Assembly (NCBI GenBank): GCA_017537265.1
Contig: JAFYLE010000055.1
Span: 1 to 44,459, forward strand
Reading direction: 5' to 3'
Length of the DNA: 44,459 bases
From: Clostridia bacterium
GTDB lineage: Bacteria; Bacillota; Clostridia; Oscillospirales; SIG627
The notes below the pieces were generated by a model. That model was not told where the DNA came from. It did not search any database and saw only the letters and a list, made by a program, of their open reading frames with translations. Shown piece after piece: positions 7,176-14,098 of this stretch; position 1 is the first letter of the stretch; each line of letters opens with the position of its first letter. The translations under genes were made by a program, and so were the position numbers.

Positions 7176-9080
7176 ATGAAAAACAAGAAAAAACTGCTGA
7201 TCATTGCCGGTGTTTTGGCGGTGATCTTACTTGCGGCGGCGACCGTCCTCGTCACGGTCATCCTTCCCGCGATGAACGAACAGGCGCGCAAAGAGGCGCT
7301 CGAAGAAGCAAAGGCGGGCTACGCCGCTTACCTCGGCGACAAGGATGCAAACGAAGCAGAATTGGCAATCTTTGTGCACGAAAAACTCTTCGTCGCCATT
7401 CGCGCAGGCGAGATTCTGGACGTATTTGACAGCGCGGATCAAGCCGCAAAAGCACTGCTTGACAACCCCAAGAGCACGGAGGACGAGTCCGTCGGATTTC
7501 GCACGGGGGACGTTGAGGGCCACGACAACCTCTTCCTGATCTTCCCCGCCCCGACGACCGCGCCGACCGCCGACACGCTCGGCGTCCGCTTCACCACCGA
7601 GGACGCCTGCACGGTAAACCGTGCCTTTGACGTGATGCCCGCCACCTTCGAAGCATGGGTGAAGATCCCCAAATACCTGGAAGGCAGTGCCGGTGTGATC
7701 CTCGGCAACTACGCTGAAAACGTATTCCCCTGCTTTACCTTCAACATCGGCGAAGGCGGCTCCCCGAGCCTGTACCTTGCCTACGAAAACGGCAAGTCTG
7801 CCGCCGCCACCTTCAATAGCGTTGACCTATGCACCGGTGAATGGGTGCACGTGGCGATCGTCAACAACCCCGAACTCGGCACCGCGACCTGCTACGTCAA
7901 CGGCAAAATAGCCGATGAAACCGATGCGCTGCAGCCCATCGGCAAGAGCGGTCCCGCCCGACTCGGCGGCGACAACCGCGCCTACAACCGCCGCGTATTC
8001 CGCGGAGAATTGCACAGCGTGGCGGTTTACGAAGACGTACGCAGCATGCGCGACATCCACGGCGACATGCAGAAACTTGACACAGACGGGCTTCTTGCCG
8101 CGTGGACGCTCTCCGAAATGAACGAAAACCGCACCTATACCGATATTTCCGGAAACGGCTACAGCGTGAGCTGGCCGCAAGTGTGGTTTGAGGAAAGCGC
8201 CTTTGATTCCGACTACGATTACACCTTCGTCGCAATCGGAGACACGCAGCTGACCAACGTATTAGACCCCGAAAACTTCCAGCCGATCTTCGACTGGATC
8301 GCGGAAAACAAGGATGCACAAAAGATCGGTTACGTGATGGGCATGGGCGATATCACCGACGTGGACCGAGACCCCGAATGGAACCGCGCAGAAACCGGCT
8401 ACGGCACGATCTTCGACGCGGACATTCCCTGCTCGATCTTGCGCGGCAACCATGACTCCGTTGCGAAATTCAACCGCACCTTCGCCAAAGCGCCGTACAC
8501 CGAAAGGCTCAGCGGTACCTACGGCGAGGGCGTGATCAACACCTACCGCAAGATCAACGTGCGCGGCATCAAGTACCTCATCATCACCATGGACTTCGGT
8601 GCGCGCGACGACGTGCTTGCCTGGGCGGACGAGATCATCTCCGAAAATCCCGATTTCAACGTCATCATCACTACGCACGCCTACCTCTACCCCGACGCGA
8701 CGCCCATCAAAAAAGGCGACAAATACGCGCCGACCAACTCCGACCCCGAAAACAACAACGGTGAGGACATGTGGGAGAGACTGATCAAGAAGCACGAAAA
8801 CATCGTTCTCGTTCTCTGCGGCCACGAGTCCCACCCGACCATCGTCACCGCGCAGGACAAGGGCGAGCACGGCAACGTAGTCACGCAGATGATGACTGAC
8901 CAGTCCTGCGTGGACTCCAACCTCATCTATGCCAAGCAAAACGCGGCCGGCATGCTGACGCTCCTGCACTTCTCCGAGAGCGGCACAAAACTGACCGTGG
9001 AGTGCTACTCCCCCATCTACGACATGTACTACCGTGCGGAAAATCAATTTGAACTCACGCTTGACACGGTAAACAAATAG
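7176..9080 (+). CDS. Membrane-anchored LamG-like (concanavalin-type) domain + calcineurin-like metallophosphoesterase
   Basis: - N-terminal TM segment: LLIIAGVLAVILLAAATVLVTVIL.
- LamG-like block: FEAWVKIPK...GVILGNY...GEWVHVAIVNN...CYVNGK.
- Full metallophosphoesterase motif set: AIGDTQ, GMGDITD, RGNHD, TTHAY, CGHESH.
- A GTG at 7173 is an alternative start. Confidence 0.8.
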   Translation: MKNKKKLLIIAGVLAVILLAAATVLVTVILPAMNEQARKEALEEAKAGYAAYLGDKDANEAELAIFVHEKLFVAIRAGEILDVFDSADQAAKALLDNPKSTEDESVGFRTGDVEGHDNLFLIFPAPTTAPTADTLGVRFTTEDACTVNRAFDVMPATFEAWVKIPKYLEGSAGVILGNYAENVFPCFTFNIGEGGSPSLYLAYENGKSAAATFNSVDLCTGEWVHVAIVNNPELGTATCYVNGKIADETDALQPIGKSGPARLGGDNRAYNRRVFRGELHSVAVYEDVRSMRDIHGDMQKLDTDGLLAAWTLSEMNENRTYTDISGNGYSVSWPQVWFEESAFDSDYDYTFVAIGDTQLTNVLDPENFQPIFDWIAENKDAQKIGYVMGMGDITDVDRDPEWNRAETGYGTIFDADIPCSILRGNHDSVAKFNRTFAKAPYTERLSGTYGEGVINTYRKINVRGIKYLIITMDFGARDDVLAWADEIISENPDFNVIITTHAYLYPDATPIKKGDKYAPTNSDPENNNGEDMWERLIKKHENIVLVLCGHESHPTIVTAQDKGEHGNVVTQMMTDQSCVDSNLIYAKQNAAGMLTLLHFSESGTKLTVECYSPIYDMYYRAENQFELTLDTVNK

Positions 9081-9086
9081 ACACGA

Positions 9087-9113
9087 AAAAGCCCTGCTTT
9101 TGCAGGGCTTTTT
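9087..9113 (+). terminator. Rho-independent terminator
   Basis: GCCCTGC-tttt-GCAGGGC followed by TTTTT. Confidence 0.8.
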
Positions 9114-9233
9114 ACGTTCGGCAAACCGCTTAAGCCAGCCGCCCGCCGCGGCTATGTGATCCGCAAAAAAGAGACAATTTCCCTCTCCGTGCCTCTTCTT
9201 TTTTGGCGCGATCGCCCGCCGTCCCACTCGGCG

Positions 9234-9262
9234 TTGCAAACAAAGAAGTTTTGGTATATAAT
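9234..9262 (+). promoter_or_regulatory. Predicted promoter of the SPFH/Zn-ribbon/TPM cluster (TTGCAA-17 nt-TATAAT)
   Basis: TTGCAA at 9234-9239 and TATAAT at 9257-9262 with an exact 17-nt spacer. This implies a 5' UTR of about 175 nt. Confidence 0.55.
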
Positions 9263-9441
9263 AAATACGGTAACAGGAAGGCTTGAAAGCATTGCCGCGC
9301 ACGGAGCGCGGCGAGCGGTATATAACCCCCTTTCCCCTCCTCCGTTTGCTTTACACGAAGCGGCACGGCAAACGCACTTGATGAAACAAGTGAACCTACC
9401 ATGTAAAGAAACAAACAATAAACATACAAAGGAGAACTACT

Positions 9442-10746
9442 ATGGGACTTATCAAAGCAGGCATCGGTGCGCTCGGCGGCGTACTGGCAGATCAATGGAA
9501 AGAATTTTTCTACTGCGAAGCGCTCGACATGGACACCCTGATGGTCAAGGGCCAAAAACGCGTCGGAAACCGCTCCTCCAACACCAAGGCCTCTGACAAC
9601 GTCATCTCCAACGGCAGCGGCATTGCCGTCGCCGACGGTCAGTGCATGATCATCGTCGAACAGGGCAAGGTCGTGGAAGTTTGCGCCGAGCCCGGCGAAT
9701 TTACCTACGACTCTTCCACCGAGCCGTCCATCTTTGCCGGCAAGTTCGGCCAGAGCCTGATCGACTCCTTCAAGGCCATCGGCAAACGCTTTGCCTACGG
9801 CGGCGACACCGGAAAGGACCAGAGAGTCTACTACTTCAACACCAAGGAGATCATGGGCAACAAATTCGGCACGCCCACTCCCATCCTCTTTGAGGTCATG
9901 AACAAGAAGATCGGCTTCAGCCGCACCGTCAACGTGCGCTGCAACGGCGTGTACTCCTACATCATCACCGACCCGATCCTCTTCTACACCAAGATCGCCG
10001 GAAACGTGTCCGACGTGTTCACCCGTGACATCCTCGACGAACAGTTAAAGGCGGAATTCATCTCCGCCCTGCAGCCCGCCCTCGGCGCGCTTGCCGAACA
10101 GGAACTGCGCCCCGCGCAGCTTCCCGCGAAGGTCAACGAGCTCAGAGCGGCAATGAACGAAGCCCTCAAACACGAGTGGGTCGAATCCCGTGGTATCAGC
10201 GTGGAGAAGATCGCCATCAACCCCATCTCCCTCACCGAAGAGGACATGAAGAAGATCCAGGAGATGGAAGACTCCTCCTCCTACGGCTCCAACGCCGCAA
10301 TGGCACTCGGCCGCATGACTGCCGCGCAGGCAAACGCCATGGAGACCGCCGCCGGAAACAACTCCGGTGCCATGGCCGGTTTCATGGGTATGGGTATGGC
10401 GGCAGGCGCGATGGGCGGCTTTAACCCCGCGCAGCAGATCGCTGCCATGCAGCAGCAACAGCAGGCCGCACCCGCCTCGACCGATTGGAAATGCGCTTGC
10501 GGTGCCACCGCCACCGGTAAATTCTGCGCGGAATGCGGCGCCAAGAAGCCCGAAGCCTCCGGCTGGACCTGCACTTGCGGTGCGGTCAATACCGGTAAAT
10601 TCTGCGCGGAATGCGGCGCCAAGAAGCCCGCCGGTGTTCCGCAATACAAATGCGACAAGTGCGGCTGGCAACCCGCCGAGGCCACCAAGGCACCCAAATT
10701 CTGTCCCGAATGCGGCGACCCCTTTGACAGCGGAGACATCATCTGA
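9442..10746 (+). CDS. SPFH-domain protein of the YdjI/COG4260 type with Met/Gly-rich linker and three C-terminal zinc ribbons
   Basis: 434 aa. AGGAG RBS 8 nt upstream.
- N-terminus MGLIKAGIGALGGVLADQWKEFF.
- A body resembling the so-called 'virion core protein'-annotated SPFH family.
- Linker AMAGFMGMGMAAGAMGG.
- CxxC...CxxC ribbons: KFCAECG (twice) and FCPECG. Confidence 0.75.
   Translation: MGLIKAGIGALGGVLADQWKEFFYCEALDMDTLMVKGQKRVGNRSSNTKASDNVISNGSGIAVADGQCMIIVEQGKVVEVCAEPGEFTYDSSTEPSIFAGKFGQSLIDSFKAIGKRFAYGGDTGKDQRVYYFNTKEIMGNKFGTPTPILFEVMNKKIGFSRTVNVRCNGVYSYIITDPILFYTKIAGNVSDVFTRDILDEQLKAEFISALQPALGALAEQELRPAQLPAKVNELRAAMNEALKHEWVESRGISVEKIAINPISLTEEDMKKIQEMEDSSSYGSNAAMALGRMTAAQANAMETAAGNNSGAMAGFMGMGMAAGAMGGFNPAQQIAAMQQQQQAAPASTDWKCACGATATGKFCAECGAKKPEASGWTCTCGAVNTGKFCAECGAKKPAGVPQYKCDKCGWQPAEATKAPKFCPECGDPFDSGDII
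10486..10641 (+). repeat. Tandem 78-nt (26-codon) duplication encoding two zinc ribbons
   Basis: The units are W(K/T)C(A/T)CGA..TGKFCAECGAKKP. Both copies contain an identical 40-nt run, ACCGGTAAATTCTGCGCGGAATGCGGCGCCAAGAAGCCCG. Confidence 0.9.
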
Positions 10747-10908
10747 ACACAACAACAGCCCGAGTAAATCGTTTTTGTCAAACGATCGGAATGAAACAAA
10801 CGTTCCGTTTGCCAAAGCCGCAACCGAAACCGCACCCCCGCCAAGGCAAAAAACGAACGGATCTAAACGCCCCCCCTTTTTTAAACTTGCAAAAAGGAGT
10901 GACCGACA

Positions 10909-11994
10909 TTGGCTGAACTCAGAGAATTTAAATGTCCGAATTGCGACGGCGCCATTGAATTTGACAGCAATTTGCAAAAAATGAAATGCCCGTACTGCGA
11001 TGCGGAGTTCGAAATGGAGTCCCTAAAGGCCTACGACGAAGAGCTCGCTTCCATGCCGGAAGAAAACATGACGTGGGACACCAAAGCCGGAGGCGAGTGG
11101 CAGGAAGGCGAAGCGGAAAACCTGCGCGTCTACACCTGCAACACCTGCGGCGGCGAGATCGTGGCCGACGAAACTACGGGGGCTTCCGAGTGCCCCTTCT
11201 GCGGAAATCCCGTCATCATGAAGGGACAGTTCGCGGGCGCGCTCAAGCCCAACCTCGTCATCCCCTTCAAGGTGGACAAGAAAGCTGCCATCGCCGCACT
11301 GCAAAAGCACTACAAGGGAAAACTCCTGCTCCCCAAGGTCTTCAAGGATGAAAACCACATCAAGGAAGTCAAGGGACTGTACGTGCCCGTATGGCTCTTT
11401 GACACGGATGCGGATGCCCACGTGCGCTACCGCGCGACCCGCGTGCGCCATTGGAGCAGCGGCAACTACGAATACACGAAGACGAGCTTCTACTCCGTGA
11501 CGCGTGCAGGCGGCATCGGCTTTGAAAACGTGCCGGTGGACGGCTCCTCCAAAATGGACGACACCTTGATGGAGTCCATCGAGCCCTACCACATCGAAGA
11601 TGCGGTGGACTTCCAGACGGCGTACCTCTCCGGCTTCCTCGCCGACAAGTACGACGTGGATGCAGAAGCGAGCATTGACCGCGCCAACGAGCGCATCCGT
11701 ACCAGCACCTCTCAGGCCTTTGCCTCCACGGTGCACGGCTACACCACGGTCACGCCCGTGAGCACCAACATCAACCTGCAGAACGGGCGTTCGCGCTACG
11801 CACTCTACCCCGTGTGGATCTTAAACACCAGGTGGAAAGACCAAAACTTCACCTTTGCCATCAACGGCCAGACGGGCAAGACCGCCGGCGACCTCCCGTT
11901 GGACAAAGGCAAGTTCTGCGCATGGCTCTTCGGCGTTTGCGCCGCGGTTACCGCCGTTTCCTTCGGCATCAGTTACCTGACGTGGTTGCTTTAA
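10909..11994 (+). CDS. YdjG-like membrane protein with N-terminal zinc ribbons and C-terminal TM helix
   Basis: 361 aa.
- TTG start 8 nt after an AGGAG RBS.
- Ribbons: CPNCDG...CPYCDA and CNTCGG...CPFCGN.
- C-terminal hydrophobic helix FCAWLFGVCAAVTAVSFGISYLTWLL. Confidence 0.7.
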   Translation: MAELREFKCPNCDGAIEFDSNLQKMKCPYCDAEFEMESLKAYDEELASMPEENMTWDTKAGGEWQEGEAENLRVYTCNTCGGEIVADETTGASECPFCGNPVIMKGQFAGALKPNLVIPFKVDKKAAIAALQKHYKGKLLLPKVFKDENHIKEVKGLYVPVWLFDTDADAHVRYRATRVRHWSSGNYEYTKTSFYSVTRAGGIGFENVPVDGSSKMDDTLMESIEPYHIEDAVDFQTAYLSGFLADKYDVDAEASIDRANERIRTSTSQAFASTVHGYTTVTPVSTNINLQNGRSRYALYPVWILNTRWKDQNFTFAINGQTGKTAGDLPLDKGKFCAWLFGVCAAVTAVSFGISYLTWLL

Positions 11995-12007
11995 GGAGGT
12001 GGACGAT

Positions 12008-12784
12008 ATGAAAAAAAGACTGCTTTCCCTCCTGATCGCCCTGGTGATTTGCCTTGGCACGGCCGTCTGCTGTGTCAGCGCCGAAAACACCGCACTCGAC
12101 TATTCCGAGCAAACCGAATGCCTCCTCTACGATCTTGCAGACCTTTTGAACAGAAGCGAAGAAGTTGAACTGTGCAAAAAGCTGGAGCAGGTCAGCGCCG
12201 CCTACAACGCGCAGATCACAGTCGTGACGATGAACGAATACGACGGCACAAACTTTGACGCCTATATCAACCGTTACTACTACACCATGCAGTTCGGCTA
12301 CGGCACGAAACGCGACGGTGTGATGCTGCTCATCAGCATGGCAGAGCGCGACTGGGGCATCGTCTCAAACGGCTTTGCGGGCGTTGCCGTTAACAGCAAC
12401 ACGATCGACGAGATCAGCGAAGAGGTGGTTCCCTACCTCTCCGACGGCGATTACCTTGCCGCATTCTCCAAGTTTGCCGACGAGTGCGACTACTACTTAA
12501 ACGGCCACCTCAACGGATTCCCCTTCGAATTCACCGAGAACCTTCTGATCAGCCTCGTCCTCGGCATAATTTTCGGTCTGACCGTAGCCTTCATCCTCAA
12601 GGGACAACTCAAAAGCGTGCGCAAGCAGAGCACCGCAAACGTTTACGTAAGGCAAGGTAGCATGGTCGTTACCGTACAAAACGACCTCTACCTCTACAGC
12701 CACACCACGCGCAGGAAGAAAGAATCGCCTTCCTCCGGCGGCGGTGGCGGCTCCGCCCGCAGCAGCGGAAGCGGAAAATTTTAA
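12008..12784 (+). CDS. TPM-domain (YdjH/YgcG-like) membrane protein
   Basis: - Start: ATG 12008 lies 8 nt after AAGGAGG; the ORF-track GTG at 11999 lies inside the RBS.
- Signal peptide present.
- TPM-like core: ITVVTMNEY...GVMLLISMAERDWGIVSNG.
- TM helix LLISLVLGIIFGLTVAFIL.
- Gly/Ser tail GGGGGSARSSGSG. Confidence 0.75.
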   Translation: MKKRLLSLLIALVICLGTAVCCVSAENTALDYSEQTECLLYDLADLLNRSEEVELCKKLEQVSAAYNAQITVVTMNEYDGTNFDAYINRYYYTMQFGYGTKRDGVMLLISMAERDWGIVSNGFAGVAVNSNTIDEISEEVVPYLSDGDYLAAFSKFADECDYYLNGHLNGFPFEFTENLLISLVLGIIFGLTVAFILKGQLKSVRKQSTANVYVRQGSMVVTVQNDLYLYSHTTRRKKESPSSGGGGGSARSSGSGKF

Positions 12785-12797
12785 GACAAAACAAAAA

Positions 12798-12828
12798 GGC
12801 AGACGGCGAAGGCCGTCTGCCTTTTTTT
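12798..12828 (+). terminator. Rho-independent terminator
   Basis: GGCAGACGGC-gaag-GCCGTCTGCC followed by TTTTTTT. Confidence 0.85.
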
Positions 12829-12839
12829 GCGCTTTGCTC

Positions 12840-12868
12840 TTGCGAAAGAGAAAAAAGAGGTGTATAGT
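12840..12868 (+). promoter_or_regulatory. Predicted promoter (TTGCGA-17 nt-TATAGT)
   Basis: TTGCGA at 12840-12845 and TATAGT at 12863-12868 with a 17-nt spacer. Confidence 0.45.
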
Positions 12869-12904
12869 GTAGCGGTGTGAAAAAAACAAGATTTTGAGGG
12901 CACC

Positions 12905-14017
12905 ATGACGAAACTGTTGAGATTTGCAAAAAAGCACGCGGTGCTGTGCATTGCCGCACTCGCGGCGCTTGTCACCTGCTTTTTCGTGCCGCCGGACAAG
13001 GAATACGTCGGCTACTTTGACTTTCGAACGCTTGCCTGTCTGTTTTTGACGCTTGCGGTCATTGCCGCGCTGAGAAACATTAAATTCTTCACCATCCTCT
13101 CGCGCAGGCTGGTGGTCTTGGCAGGCAGTCTTCGCACGCTGTTTTTACTTCTGCTTGCGATCACCTTCATCGGTTCCATGATCATTGCAAACGACATGGC
13201 GTTGATCACCTTCCTGCCGCTCGGCTACTTTGCCCTCTCGGTGAGCAAAAAGGAAAAATACGCGGCGTTCCTCTTCATCCTGCAGAACATTACCGCAAAC
13301 CTCGGCGGAATGCTGACGCCGTTCGGAAACCCGCAAAATCTCTACCTCTACTCCTTTTTCCACATTGAAACGGGCGAGTTCCTCTCCATCATGGCGTGGC
13401 CTTTCTTCTTTTCCATCTGTCTGATCGTGCTCTTTTGCTTCTTTGTGAAAAACGAGAAACTTGTGCTTTGCGACGATTACTCGGAAAAACTCAACGTGAA
13501 AAAAGCTCTTCTGTACCTCGCGCTCTTCGCCCTCTCGCTGCTCATCGTCTTTCGCGTGATCGACTACCGCTTGGGAATCGTGCTGATCGTGCCCATCCTC
13601 TTTTTTGCCGACCACGAGGCAATTCTGATGGTGGACTATCCTCTGCTCTTCACCTTCTTTTTCTTCTTCATCTTTGCGGGAAATCTCTCCCGCATTCCCG
13701 CGGTGCACGCGCTGTTCTCCTCGCTTTTGGGAGTGGACACCTTCCTCTTCTCCACGCTCTCCTGCCAAGCGATCAGCAACGTGCCGAGCGCGATCTTGCT
13801 CTCCCGCTTTACCGACAACTACCGAGCGCTCTTGCTCGGCGTGAACGTCGGCGGGGTGGGCACGCTCATCTCCTCGCTTGCAAGCCTGATCACTTTCAGC
13901 GAATTTTGCATTCTCTACCCGACGGAAAAACGCCGTTATCTGACGCTGTTTGCCGTTCTCAACGCCGTTTTTCTCCTGGCGTTGATCTTGTTCGTCAAGC
14001 TCCTTGGACTTGCGTAA
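12905..14017 (+). CDS. ArsB/NhaD-superfamily (citrate-transporter-like, YbiR-type) anion permease
   Basis: 370 aa and polytopic. The motif NLGGMLTPFGNPQNLYLYS is typical of this permease superfamily. Confidence 0.75.
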   Translation: MTKLLRFAKKHAVLCIAALAALVTCFFVPPDKEYVGYFDFRTLACLFLTLAVIAALRNIKFFTILSRRLVVLAGSLRTLFLLLLAITFIGSMIIANDMALITFLPLGYFALSVSKKEKYAAFLFILQNITANLGGMLTPFGNPQNLYLYSFFHIETGEFLSIMAWPFFFSICLIVLFCFFVKNEKLVLCDDYSEKLNVKKALLYLALFALSLLIVFRVIDYRLGIVLIVPILFFADHEAILMVDYPLLFTFFFFFIFAGNLSRIPAVHALFSSLLGVDTFLFSTLSCQAISNVPSAILLSRFTDNYRALLLGVNVGGVGTLISSLASLITFSEFCILYPTEKRRYLTLFAVLNAVFLLALILFVKLLGLA

Positions 14018-14031
14018 CGACAAAAAAGATG

Positions 14032-14061
14032 CGCCCCTCGCAGATCGCGAGGGGCTTTTTT
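14032..14061 (+). terminator. Rho-independent terminator
   Basis: GCCCCTCGC-agatc-GCGAGGGGC followed by TTTTTTT. Confidence 0.85.
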
Positions 14062-14098
14062 GCGCATAGAACGCCGCTTTTGCTCATACCTTTGTAGC

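Noticed and set aside
8262-9302. 346-aa minus-strand ORF spanning the end of the LamG-phosphoesterase gene and its terminator
   Set aside because: It is antisense to a well-supported gene, crosses a strong terminator and has shadow-frame composition.
10045-10984. ORFs 10045-10977 (-), 10281-10844 (-) and 10367-10984 (+), which overlap the zinc-ribbon tail and the following spacer
   Set aside because: They are alternative frames of the repeat-rich, GC-rich 3' end of the SPFH gene. No RBS or start context is visible, and the products are low-complexity.
14060-14098. N-terminal 13 codons of the P-type ATPase ORF
   Set aside because: This segment overlaps the U-tract of the upstream terminator, and the conserved N-terminus begins at MNKHAGLTY.
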